Below are positions 38,331 to 56,085 of a DNA stretch of 64,000 bases, piece by piece. The position numbers and the translations under genes were made by a program. Source of the stretch: the human T2T-CHM13v2.0 reference genome, Homo sapiens; NCBI RefSeq assembly GCF_009914755.1, contig NC_060939.1, one strand, 5' to 3'. Within the stretch, counting starts at the first letter, position 1, and the number at the start of each line of letters is the position of its first letter. The notes beneath the pieces were generated by a model that saw nothing but the letters and a program-made list of their open reading frames with translations, was not told where the DNA came from and ran no database searches.

Positions 38331-40175
38331 GCGCCCGTCTAGGAAGGAGCTAATTCCACCCTGCGCGAGGAGGCTGAACCTTAGCAGTCCTTTTGTGGAA
38401 TGTTTACACTAGAGACTGAAGCTCGGAGTTCCAGGGCCCGAGATAGGAGGGGGAGCGGAGCTCATCAGCGGAGACTCCACATCCTAGGATTTGAAGGAAA
38501 GGCAGCCCACCATGGAGGACTCCCTCACAAAAAAAATGAGAGAATGAGAACTCATCCTTCCGTCCAGTTATCTTTACAGTTTACATTCTACACACTGCGT
38601 CCTTGTAAACACAAATATCCGGAGCAGCTGGCAACTCCTTTCAGCCAAGTAGAGTACAGAACTAAGGTCTGGAGACCTAGGCGGAGAAGTAAACTCCCTA
38701 GAGCTGAATATGCAGTCCTAAGAGGGCGGAGATAACCAAAAGAGAGGCGGGCTCTAACAGCCACCGCCCTGGCAAGCCTCCGGAAGGCGGAGCGTGAGGC
38801 ACAAGGTACTCACGATCTCCCGGGTGGATCTGGAGGCATCCTCAGAACTGAGAAAGGAGAGGAAAACACCAAAACAGGCCACGGCATAAATTAACATTGG
38901 GGACATGCCACACTCAGAGAATGGATAAAATTTCCGTAGTTGGGGACATAAGATAACGGCTGTTCACCTTCTCCTTGGCCGGGAGTGTTAATAGCAGTTC
39001 CTGTGCCCTCTCTGTGTAGGTAACAGTGCCTCGAACACACAGTGAGACAAAGTGCTTTCAATTCCTAGTTTGCTTTTATTTATTCACCAAATAGGGCGTG
39101 GGCCTGACGCTGATCTTACTTTGGGGGGCGCTCTCTCAGCGCCAGGAGAGGTGACGGGATTACGTTGTTACCGCTCTCCCGAATAAGTAGAACCCTCCTC
39201 CCAGAGAGCTAAGACCCCAAGGGACACGCCCAGGGAACCCACGCCTAGGTCCAACACTGTCCTCCCTCTGCAATCCAGCGGAAACGGCCAGGAACGAGCT
39301 CTGGCAGCAGGTGGGCCTGACTCCAGCGATGGCTTCGAGCCGCGAAACCACAGCAGCGAATTGTGAACTCCAAGGGTAGCCGACAGGTGGGAGCAGCCTC
39401 GCCAGTAGCCAAGCCCTGCCCCAGGACAGAGCTCTAAAAATAAGTCAGACCAACGAAGCGACCCCAGGGCCAAACTGCTCGGAGGTTAGGAGGAAGCGGC
39501 ACTCCAGCAGAACTGACCCACGGCTACTTTTAACTTTGCGCCGCCTTCCACCACTAGACTGAGTACCACAGGGCATTCCCACCATGGTATCAAGAACTAC
39601 TCAGAACCCAAGCCAGCATTAGGCCGCCCACGACTTCCCGTGAACACAGGGTACCACCTGCGCTAAGATCTCGCCTAAGGGCCCCAGGCCAGGGCACTAG
39701 GTTGTCAGAGTCTCAGATACAGCCAACTAAGGACAGCCGCTGCCATGCCTAGGAAAGAACAGACACTTGCAGCGTCTGCAGAGTTCTCGAGCTTAAGCTC
39801 AGGGAAGTCAAGGGGCACGGAAATAGCCAAGCGACAGGGTTAGAACTTTAGTACTTGGCCCCGGCCCCGAAAGGCAGATCTCAAACCCAGCAGAACCTCC
39901 GGAGTTTCGCTCCCGAAATCCACTCCGCACTGTAATCCCCTGGCTTCACCCCGAAGGCTACTAGGTCTCGAGCCTCGGTGGAACCTTTGTGTGGCTTCTC
40001 GGCTCTCCCCGCCCCCCTCGCCAAGGGCGCCGAGCCTAGGACTTCCGGGCGGGAGGGCAGTTCGAAGGAGCTAGGCGGGCCTCACACATGTGCGGAGCGC
40101 GCTCAAGAGCGGAGGGAGGCGGGGAGCAAGGGTGGACTTCCCCTCCCAGCTCTCTCCGCCGGAGGAGGCCGGGCT

Positions 40176-40330
40176 ACCCGCCCCACCAATCAGAGGCGGG
40201 GGCGGGACCTTGCGCCTCACGTCATCCGCAAGAACCGTCCCTCCTCCCTCCGCGAAAAAAAAATCCTAGCAACTTAAACTCCAGCCCGGCCTCCCGATAG
40301 GCGGAGCTCGGGAGAATGTCATCCAATCCA
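40176..40330. promoter_or_regulatory. Internal promoter-like module (CCAATCAG, GC boxes, TCACGTCA CRE-like site)
   Basis: CCAAT 40186, GGCGGGGGCGGG 40195, TCACGTCA 40217, CCAAT 40323. Confidence 0.55.
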
Positions 40331-41720
40331 CATCCAAGAAGGAGAAAAAAAGGGAGTCTCGCCTAGCCAGTGGAAGACAAGAGAAGGCGGGGCCTCCGGG
40401 AGAGCCGGAGGTGGGTGGGAGAGAGGAAAGGGGTCCGCCCCTCAGCTCCCCTGCAGGCGGGTTGCACAAGCCGCCGGCGGAGTAGATAGTAAACAGTCTG
40501 GGCCGAGGAGTGCAGGCAAGGGCCGCCCGGCGCTCGGTGGACTGGGCCCCTGCGCCGCCTCTCCCGGCGTCGCCCCGCCCGGCCGGGACGGTTCCCGCCG
40601 GCGCCCCGCCTACCCGCCCGCGGCCGCCATCCCGGCTGACAGGCGCGCCCCCCGCGCCCCTCCCCGCCCGCTGATGCATTTCCTTTTCCCGATTCCGAGC
40701 GTGGAGACTGTTTTCCCAGTTTCCGACCTTCACTGCCCCTTTCAGGCCACCCCCTCGTGGGCGCGCACACGCCCCCGCCCCCGCCCCATCCGCGCCGAGC
40801 GGTCCGCAGCAGCACCTCGCGGGAAGGGGGAGCCCGGCGGCGGCACGGTCGGGGGAGGGGAAGAGAGCAGCAGTCGCCGCCGCCGCCTTGGGGTGGGCGG
40901 GGAAGCAGGCAGCTCCATGTTTGCAAGGGGATCAGCCGGGGCCGCGGACGAAGCCGCCGAGTTTCTGGGGGTTTTCCGCACCACCGATGCGAGCTCCTTG
41001 CTGGGTCGCGGCCTGACGGGTTCCGGCACCGAATGCTGACTCGACCGCCACGGCCAGGGAGTTTGGAGACCCGGCAGCTCGCAGGGCTAGCGGCGAGGCG
41101 CAGGGGCTCTTTCCGGTGGCCTCTCCCGCCCCCGGCCGCCCCTCCCGCAAGTCCGGTGTTGCCCCCGCCCCCAGAGTCCATAACAACCGCGGGCCCACAG
41201 TGCCCGCGCCTCTCCGGAGCGCGCCCACCGCCCCCTCCAAGTTTGCGGGCAAAAACAAAACCCTCGGGGCGGCTGCCGCCCTTGTCCAGCGTGGGTAGCC
41301 AGGGAAGCCGCGGGCCCCGGCTCGCTCGCTAACTCCAGCTCTCGAGCAACTCCGAGCGCCGCGAGCTCAGTGGGCCCCGCCGACCATGCTCGAGCCGCCG
41401 CCCCCTGCCGAGCCCGCACGCCGCAGCTCCGGCCCGGTTCTAGTCGGTGTGCGGAATCCCCCTTTTCTTTCCAGTATTTTTCTTTTTAAAAAAACGGCAC
41501 AACAGGAGTCGGGGGTCTCCTGCCCGCCCCTTCTCCAGTCCGCCGCCAAAACCTACCGAAACCGACTGCTCGGTGAGATAAACTAGGCTACACGGCCGGC
41601 GCAGGGACGACCCCAGGCCAGGCCCACCCCTCTCCCACGGCTCCGGCCAGGCTGGGAAACACACACACTGGCGAGCGGGCGGCGCCAAGAGCTCTCCTTC
41701 CTGGCCTGTCCCTCGCCTAC

Positions 41721-41880
41721 CTCGGCCGCGGAACTCCGAGCCTCCCCTCAGCTCGGTCCCAGGGCCCGCAGGGCCCACACCACGTCGGGCCGGCCAGACC
41801 GAGCGGCCGGCGGACTAGCCCCCCAAACGCCTGAGATTGGGGGGACCAAATTAAAAGCAGCTGTTTAACATACCTTCCGA
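41721..41880 (-). other. SIN3A: Candidate distal alternative non-coding first exon of SIN3A
   Basis: Donor GAG|gtaggc at 41721/41720; CCAAT, CRE-like and GC boxes immediately upstream (41926-41990). Other donors nearby are possible. Confidence 0.45.
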
Positions 41881-41919
41881 GCCAGGCGAGGAGTCCTGAA
41901 TGGGGGGGAACGCCCCCCA

Positions 41920-42045
41920 CGGGCTATTGGCTCCCCGGCGCTCACGTCAGTCACCCTGGGCCCGCCTCCGCCCTTCGCCCCGCCTCTTCCCCTTCATTGA
42001 ACGCCCCCTCCTTCCAAAAAATATAAATTAATTAATTAAACTAAA
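41920..42045. promoter_or_regulatory. Distal promoter module (ATTGG, TCACGTCA, GC boxes, AT-rich/TATA patch)
   Basis: ATTGG 41926, TCACGTCA 41942, CCGCC boxes 41961-41985, TATAAA 42022. Confidence 0.6.
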
Positions 42046-43441
42046 CGCGAGTGGGAGACGCATCCGTGGTAGAGGCCCATATAGCTCCCTCGCCGCCGAC
42101 TCGAGTTTCTTGAGGTCCTCGGACTGGGGGGAGGCCGCCTGGGACTCGGAGATCCGCTGGGTGGACGCGGAGGACGAGCCAGCGGAGCTACCCGGCCCCA
42201 ACTTCCTTCACACACACAACCCATTTGGAACTAGGTAGGAGAGAAGGGTAGGAGCACCCTAGTCACTGGCTGGAGTGGGCAGACTCCTGTGGCTGTGTGA
42301 CCTAACCGTGTTCGGTCCGCTCTGTTAGGCGACTAAAAATGAGTGATGCAAACAGGAAGCCCTGCGTCCGCGGGCAACAGGCACTTGCCTGAGCACCTAC
42401 TGTGGGTGAGGCAGACATTCATACGTACCTGCTGCTGGGTGCAATTACAGACTGGATGACATGCTTACTCTACCCCTCCAAGGGCTCCAGATTCAGCCGA
42501 GGAGATTCTACGTAAGGAACTAAGGCAAGGCAGGAATGTGTATGAAAATAGGAATGTGTATGTAAATAGGAGCTCAGAGAAGAGAGATTCCTTTTCGCTG
42601 AAGGAGAATTGGGAAAGGTTTCATGAAGGAGGTGGCATTCAAGTTGGGTCTTAAAGATTTCATCCAGCAAATTGGAGGGGCAGGTCATTTTCATCAAAGG
42701 ACACAAAGGGGTGAATGCAAAAAAGGACCTTCATATGTGGCTGTAGTAATAAAAAAGGAGGGGTGGGGAGATGGAACAAACAGTTTAAGACTTTTAGTTG
42801 AGTAAAATTCTTGGACGTGCGCAGCAGAATGTGCAGGCAGCACGGTCACAAGGCCCACAGACCCAGAACTATAGTGTAAGATGTTTGGCACCCTGGCAGA
42901 AAGATGGGTTCTGACGATGCACTGAGAGAGAAGTGCCTATAGGCAGCAAGGGGAGGCCCAGAGGCTGTTGTAATACTGCGTTTGGAGACTGCAGAAGTGC
43001 CTCTTGTGGAAGGAATAGCTGGGGAAAGAGAAGGCTTCTTTTCTCTATCAAAGCCACCCAATCCGAAAGCTTTCCCCACCTTCAGCAGCCCTCAAGTCAA
43101 AGCTTTGACTCAGATCCTTCCTTGCCTCATTTGCTTTATTTATCATAACTTCTAACCAAAAGGAGTTTCTAGGGGACAGAAGCCACCCCACATGTCTGTA
43201 TTCCAGAGAGCTGAGCCTAGAGCCAGAGCACACAATGTGAAACAAACAAAAAAACCTGTTTGTTGAGGCATTGAGGAAAGGAAGTTAATGTGGATAAGGT
43301 GGGGTGTGCAGAATGTGAAGGACCTTGGCATCCAATGGGCAGAATGAGGGCCTGCTGCCAGTTAGGAAATTATTGGGAAGTCTTTCCCAATAATTCAGGA
43401 GACACGAAAGGAGGATTGACCAGAACAGTGACAGTGGGTGA

Positions 43442-48880
<5,439 letters not shown>

Positions 48881-49355
48881 TCCTTTGTTCAAAGAAAATC
48901 TTATTCAGAAGCCTAATGTGTAAGAGATCAAGGTGGGCCTTGTTTTGGTTTAAGTGAGGACAGCCTGGGCACTGCAGTCTATTCCTTCACATCTCTCTCA
49001 TGCAGCCTCCCTAACAGCCACATAGTCCCTTCGAAGACTTCTAATGAACCCACATTTCAGATCTTGTTCATTCGTCCCAGCCACTACCTACCTCTCAGCA
49101 GCCTGTGACAAAGCAGCCTGGCTTTGTGCTCAGTTACCTCTGCCTGTTCATTAGTATCCTTCAGCAGCTTTTCTTCCTCCGCCCATTACCTAAATGTTGG
49201 TGACATCCAAACGTATCTCCTCTCTTGCCTTCCTCATTCTCACTTCAAGGCTCATTGCTTCTGTCTAACTAAGTCCTAAACTGACATCTCCAGACCAGTA
49301 TCTGCCCTGCACATCAGACTCCAGACTTCCACTGGATGCTGGCCACAGAAAATTT

Positions 49356-49361
49356 TTTATT
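49356..49361 (-). terminator. Candidate distal poly(A) signal AATAAA for a long PTPN9 3' UTR
   Basis: TTTATT on +, preceded on the minus strand by a UGUA/U-rich element (tgtatttttAATAAA). Confidence 0.5.
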
Positions 49362-50249
49362 AAAAATACATTTTTTCACAGAAGAAAATTCATTAAAAGT
49401 CAAGAAAGAGCCCCCAGATGAAATGGCTGACCTTTACTCAGGTGCACATCTGGCCAGTCTTGAGGCTTTAAGACAAACTACGCAGCAGCATTAGAGAAGT
49501 AGTAGATTATAATGTGCGGGGAGGGGAGACGGACGTGAGCCTGGAGTCTGAGAGGGGCACTGTACCGTTTTTTCCAACACCCCCAGCTAGGATTCTAGTG
49601 GAGTTAGCTATGTCCACCATGGCCTTAGCCTGAAAAATATGGGCATTTAAGACTTCAGCAGGCCACATTTAGCTCAAACAGGAGGATTTTATGACAGCCA
49701 AGGTAAAGAAGGGAGATTTAAACATTGTAACAGGTTTCAAGGTGCTAGATTTTTTTTCCCCCAAGAAAACATCTCCAAGTAAAAGTGATATATTTCTATT
49801 TGTGGAGAAGATCCTAGTCTTCTCTGTAGTCAATTATGAACAGTGCAGTCTAGAACACTTGATATTCACAAGTGTTGTGTAAAGGTAACTATAGGGCGGA
49901 TACCTCCTAAGAGAAAAAGATGGTTCCCAGGCTGATGGGCATTTCCATTCCTGCCCTTGGTAGGCTCACAGTGGTTTGTGGGAGTAACCAAGGCCAGAGA
50001 GAAATCTAAGGACTAGGTTGGGAGCTATAGGACCCTTGGTCTGTTCATGCTTTGCCTCTGAGAAACCCTGTAGACCCCACATTAAGAAACAGGGAAACTT
50101 TAAAGGCCTATAGGCTGGTCTTGGAGATGACAGAGACCTGACCTGCTTTTCCTCCAATTGGAAGGCCAAGGGGGAAGAGAACTGAGGGAAGCTAGGGAAG
50201 TAGCAGCAGCTTGAAAGAAGAGACTCTGAAAACACACTAAAACTGGAGA

Positions 50250-50500
50250 GGCTGGGTGTGGTGGCCCATGCCTGTAATCCTCTCACTTTGGGAGGCCGAG
50301 GCAGGAGGATTGCTTGAGGCTGGAGTTCGAGACCAGCCTGGGCAACATAGTGAGATCCTGTCTCTAGAGAGAGAGAGAGAAAAAAAAAAAAAGCTGGGTT
50401 CCTGCTTGAGCCCAGTTGTTGAGACTGCAGTGAGCCATGATCATGCCACTCCCCTCTAACCTAGGCAACAGAGTGAGACTCTGTCTCTGAAAGTAAAAAA
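50250..50500 (+). mobile_element. Old Alu (AluJ-like, internally deleted)
   Basis: Left arm plus partial right arm. Confidence 0.85.
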
Positions 50501-51179
50501 AATGAAAAGTGGGGAGTGCTAGTGGGAGCCAACTCAACCCAAGTAAAGGCCTAATAGCTCCTCTATGGGTGTTTGCACTGTCTAACAAAGAACTGGACCC
50601 TGACAGTCAGAGGACCCATGGTAGGATCATCTAGTGTAGCCCCTTCTTTTACAGAGGGAACCTAGGACTTGGGTTTGGTTCAGTGGTAAGACCTCAAAAC
50701 CACAAAAGAGCTGGGTCACTCTAGAGAAGCTTTTCTACTTGGCCAATGCCTCTTGGCCCAATTCCCTCTAGGTCTCTGATTTATAAAAGTTTTTGTATGT
50801 GTGTCTGTCTGTCCCAAGAGACAGGAAGCATTCCTTTCAGGGAAGGAACCAAATTTCCCTAGGGCTATGATGCTAAATAGTCCATTCTCCCAAGAACAAG
50901 TCCTACTCTGTCATTTACCTGCATACTGTCACATGAAGACTGATAAGGGTGGGCCTCCGAGGCTGAGGATGCTGGGGCACCCTTCGTCTCAGGAGTCCCA
51001 TCCTAGCCAATGAGGATGGGCAAGATGAAGGGAGCAATGGGAAAAAGGACACAGGGATTATCTCATGTTTGAAAAATTATATAGCATGGGAATGTTAGAG
51101 AAAGGTGAAACAAACAGCCATCAAATCAGAAGCAGAAGCCTGCTTTAGCTCAGTGTTTTCTTCTTTCCTGAACACTGTC

Positions 51180-51607
<428 letters not shown>

Positions 51608-53601
51608 TAACACAGGTAGGTTCACGCTGGTAAAAGCTACAAACAATGGCAGTGGGAGGAGTTCCTCTGAGTTTTACTGAAAATTTAGGAGACATCAATT
51701 TGTTAACTCTCTATAGGGTCAGAAACATGAACTAAATCTATGGTTCCCAAACCTGGATAATCCTGTCACTCACTAACAACCTACTGGATGGGCCCAGAAA
51801 TCAGCATTTTATGGAGCTGAAGTGATAGATAACCTCACCAGTCTTCAGATATGCAATGAGGAACTCATGCATAACCTTAAATTCACAGGGCAGTCGGGTT
51901 ACAGCCTCTTCAAATAAATGACAATTTAAAGTTACCTCCTCCAGGCCGTTTATCATTAATCCCATTTCTTACATGTTCCACCAAACCCCTGACCTCTCTG
52001 GTTTCTCAGATTTCCAAGAATCTCTGTTCACTTCTTATGTTTGTGCACTCCCAAGAGAATGGAGGCTCATCTGGAGAAGGAACTAGATTAATCTTCTGCT
52101 CTACACTTGAGCTCCTGATTATGGTAAGAAACTCGATAAAAATTTATTGGCAGATCAGAAGATGGATCCTTAGAGGAAGTCTAGTGTAAGAGGTGAAAGA
52201 AGATACTTTGGAGTCAGATGGTCTGGGATCCTGGCTGTAGCAAATTAACATTCCTGTCTCTCAATTTTTTTCTTCTGTCAATACCTACCTCAAAAGGTTG
52301 TTGAGGGTGAATGAGATGATACCTAGAAATTACTCTGAACAGTGCCTGGAATAGAGTGAGCATCCAGTAAATTGGCTGCTATGACTATTATTAAGAACAC
52401 CCCAATATTTCCCAGCCACAACTGCCCCAACTGGGCAGGCCATCAACAGCCAACAGGTATGATATGGGGAGTGGTCTTCCATGTACAAAGCTTCTGGTTC
52501 CTTTCTTTCTAAGAGATAAATGCAAATGACTCAAGATCTTCTCACAAAGACCATGTACCCATAGATATGGAGTCTCCTGGGGAGAATGATAACCCCTTTG
52601 GTACGCTGCAGACATGAGGACCCTACATCAGGAGGTCCTAGCTAGGACAGTCAGTCACCAACCCTGTCACCCTTCGCGTCTACTACATGAAGCATGGGCA
52701 CAAGAACAACAACCTGGAATTTAAGAACTTTTTTTACTCTGAAAGGAGAGCTAAACAAACCTCTGTTCTCCAAACACAAGATCTCCATCTTCCATGCAGT
52801 GAAGAGACCACAGGCTTTGTAAGCAGACCAACTTGAGCTCGTTTTAGAGCAAATCACTGTAACCCTCTGGACCTCACCTTCCTCATCTATATAGAAATGA
52901 GAAAGGGGTGCACAGGAGAAGGGAGAGAAGATAATATCTCACTGAATTGTTGTGAGGTTTGAATGAGGCAGGGTGGGGGAAAAGCACCTAGCATAGTGCT
53001 TAGCACATCTCAAGCACTGAACTGGTGCTGGTCCCTCTGTCCAGAGATAGGGCCATGGCCTACAGACAAGGTGAACTCATAGTGTCAGAACTCAAAGTCT
53101 CAGATACTGAAGGCTTGGGTCCCTCCCTGCCTCCCTCATCCCTCCCAGACCAGCTCCTGGACCCCCTCCCTCATGTCCCAGGCTGCTAAATTGATGAAGC
53201 TAAAAGGGTTTTGATCATGTCGGTATATTTATATGTAAATACAAAACTGTATCACTGTAAGATATTGAATATGAACATTACAATTATTTTCTGAATCAGA
53301 CTCAGTCCATTGATATTAAATACAAAATGAAATGATTGTAAAAAATAATAATATACACATTCAAAGAGCTTATTACAGTATAAAATTATTGAGGTCTGAT
53401 CAGCTGCCAACCTCATCTTCTGTCACAGGGGAAGGTTTAGGAGTTCCTGGGATTTTTTGGGAATGTGGAGTGCTGAGGACTCTTGATTTATCCCTAGCAC
53501 ATAAGGATGAGTGGGCTGGGAGCAGGCAGGGACAGGTTGGGTGGGTAGGGGACAAACAGTGATTGCAGGGGACCACCTCACTCAGCCAGGGGGTGAAGCT
53601 T

Positions 53602-53607
53602 TTTATT
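53602..53607 (-). terminator. Candidate proximal poly(A) signal AATAAA in the PTPN9 3' UTR
   Basis: TTTATT on +. Confidence 0.45.
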
Positions 53608-53804
53608 GACACAGAACCCACCCAGTTTGAGGGTCTAGCAGGCTAGCAGGCAGGAAGAGATGGGCATCTCGGTAGACAGGGCCAAGCTGCATAAAGGAAC
53701 CATCCAGCAAAAGAAAAAGGGCCCCAGCTCATCCTCCCAGGGAGGTATTTTCTTAGTGGTTTTTTCTTTCTCATACCTGGGCTCCCCCTCCTTCCTTCTA
53801 AGAT

Positions 53805-53812
53805 TCGTACCG
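53805..53812 (-). promoter_or_regulatory. miR-126-3p 8mer seed site (CGGTACGA) in the PTPN9 3' UTR
   Basis: + strand TCGTACCG equals nt 1-8 of miR-126-3p; a rare two-CpG octamer in CpG-poor sequence. Confidence 0.8.
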
Positions 53813-54328
53813 ATTGCATTTGGCTCTGGCTGCTCAGTGAGTTCATCTCTACCCTCCGCCTCCCATCCCTGGGATAGTGAAAGCAAAGAGAGAGTATGGA
53901 ATCACAGTGGAGGTCTGTTCCCCAAATTGGCCAAGTAAATGTAGAAAAATCATCGGATAAGGGAAATCCATGCTGAGCTAACCCAGTGTCACCACAAACT
54001 AATACATTCTTGGCTCCAACAGGTGGCAACTGGAAGGAGATAAGTCATTACTTAAGGAAGGGGCCCTGTGGCAGGAACATGGAGGAGATGTGTGTGTGTC
54101 CTCTTCCACCACTCTGTAGCCTGACAAGAGGAGACATGATCACCAACCCAAGCTAGTCCAGGATAAATAGTAGGGTCCAAGAAGCAAGGAGTCCTGAACT
54201 GCAACACGGAGCCCCAGGAACTTCTGGAAAGGAGTATCGTGTGTATATGTATTTATAGAATACGATCATATTATCACATACAATATATATTATATACACA
54301 CGTACATATGGACCCATACACATAAGTG

Positions 54329-54346
54329 CACACACACACACACACA
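54329..54346 (+). repeat. (CA)n microsatellite in the PTPN9 3' UTR (UG repeat in the mRNA)
   Basis: About 9 CA units. Confidence 0.8.
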
Positions 54347-54854
54347 GAATGACAGAAAGGACTGGAATACACGCCCTACTTATAAACGTGCTTGGCACTC
54401 AGGACGATCTCTAGAATATGTAACTTGGTCAAGCTCTCTGGGGAGAAAGGCAAATGCTCATCAAACCTCCCCATAAAATCCTAGGAAAGGGAAGGAGTGG
54501 GAGACAGGAGACCTCAGAAAAAGAATGGCGGGAGAAAGGAGGAGGGAGGTTCCTTCCCCACTTACCTCGGGGACCCTAGCAAAAATCAATAGCCACAATT
54601 TGGTTTTAATAAGGCACAGTTTGATAGCAGATGCTAGGAATTAAGAACACATTGCTACTGGCCCTTTCTAGTGGCAATTTCACCACATTTATCTAGCCAA
54701 AGGGAAAGGCTGCCTTGCGTGCACACGTGTGCTGGGAGACACAAGAAAGAAGTTGATCCATGGCTTCAGCGTAACTGATGGCAACCTATAGGCTCAGCGG
54801 TGTCCAGGGTAGTTTAAGGAAGGCTGGCCAACAGGTAGGAGGTTCGTAGGAGAG

Positions 54855-55069
54855 TTACTGACTCTCCACGGCCAGCAGGTTTTGGCCAGAGGATACCATG
54901 CCCTCCTTCTCTGCGAACTCCAGGATGGCCTTGTAGCAAAAATAGTACTGCTCAGGGGTCTGGATGCTGAAGGCCCTCTGGGTCCTCATGCGTGACACCG
55001 TCTGGAACACATTAAGGGTGCCAAGCTCCTCCAGCTGTGCCAGGCAGATGTCCAGTGAGCAGAAGGTAC
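54855..55069 (-). CDS. PTPN9: PTPN9 last coding exon (GTFCSLDICLAQLEELGTLNVFQTVSRMRTQRAFSIQTPEQYYFCYKAILEFAEKEGMVSSGQNLLAVESQ*)
   Basis: Manual translation. Q-loop IQTPEQY, acceptor ttcag|GT at 55070/55069, TAA at 54857-54855. Confidence 0.97.
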
Positions 55070-55877
55070 CTGAAGAAGGAAGGAAGTGATCACATCTGGT
55101 TTACCTCTCTTCTCTTCCTCCCTCTACCAAATAACCCAGGCAGAACTGAATGAATGACTTCACAGGCAAAGTGCCTCATGGCAGAAGGCCAGGTGGCCTT
55201 AGGCCTGAAAGGACTCAAGAAGGAGGTCACAGGGAGTGTTGGAGGCCAGAGAAATGAGAAGGCCTCTTATTTCTCAGGACATACACTTGGGGTAACAGGA
55301 AGTGGAAATGGGAAGGTGACACAGGGGAACTTCCTGCTTCAATCCCAGACAGACAGACTGACAGCACTCCCACACCTAATTTCCAGAGTCCACAAGTTTT
55401 TCAGAGGCCTAACAAAAACCTATTCTCAACTTTCTCCCAAAGGGACCTTTGAAATAGAAAGGCCAACATTTCCTACCATGTACATGCCCTTAAGGCAAAA
55501 GCTGCTAACTGGCTCCAGAATGGAGAACACAGCACAGGGTGGGGAGTCCCTCCAGGGAGGGCTGGATGGGAAGGAAGCAGCAGCCCAGCTGAGCTCTCTG
55601 GGATACCTGCAGTGACAGTTCTAACAGGTGACAGAGTCAGCGTTATGATGGGGTGTATAAAACATCAACCCCTAGAGGACTTGGCTTGTGAAATATATAT
55701 TCTGGCCATCACTTGGTCCACCAAAAGGACATTAGATGAGGGATTTTTCACAGCAATTCACCACCAAGGGAGCAAGTGAGTTCCTTCTCCAATCACAGAT
55801 GTGGGCTAAGAGCTTTGTTTTTCCTCGTCCACCCCTACTGCCCCTGCAGACACCAAGAGCTGCATTAGGTGCGTTAC

Positions 55878-56085
55878 CTGTCCTGCCAATGCCTGCACTG
55901 CAATGGACCACAATGGGTGGCTCAGGGCACTGCCCTTTGGAGCGTGCTCCCATGTTGCTCACAGCCAGACTCTGCTGGTTTCTGACCACTCTCAAGAAGT
56001 CAATGAGGGAAGCTGCTGAGGAAGGGACACCATAGTCTGGCCAGCTCAAGAACTGGAAGTGGGTCACCTGGCGTTTCTGCCGTTC
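55878..56085 (-). CDS. PTPN9: PTPN9 exon with WPD loop and catalytic HCSAGIGRT motif
   Basis: [21 protein letters not shown]...[12 protein letters not shown]. Acceptor ctaag|GAA at 56086/56085, donor G|gtaacg at 55878/55877. 208 nt. Confidence 0.97.

Larger units (their letters stand above)
36450..42330. promoter_or_regulatory. CpG island / multi-promoter region of SIN3A
   Basis: Very high GC and CpG density, Alu-free, many GGGCGG boxes; less CpG-rich interval about 38.4-39.1 kb. Confidence 0.92.
53212..54854 (-). other. PTPN9: PTPN9 3' UTR (core part; possibly extends to about 49340)
   Basis: Alu-free sequence after the stop. ATTAAA 54610-54605, AATAAA 53607-53602, TATAAA variant 53233-53228 in an AU-rich block. 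End position is inferred. Confidence 0.7.

Noticed and set aside
41926-41949. ATTGG next to CACG as a possible ER-stress element
   Set aside because: Spacing and orientation fit neither ERSE (CCAAT-N9-CCACG) nor ERSE-II (ATTGG-N-CCACG)
36544-42224. Long overlapping ORFs (up to 272 aa) on both strands in the CpG island
   Set aside because: Low-complexity Arg/Pro/Gly/Ala translations in several frames, as expected from stop-codon scarcity in GC-rich DNA; no recognisable domain
55154-55615. 153-aa + strand ORF in the last PTPN9 intron
   Set aside because: Antisense, no recognisable homology or splice/promoter support; would need Ribo-seq or codon-conservation evidence
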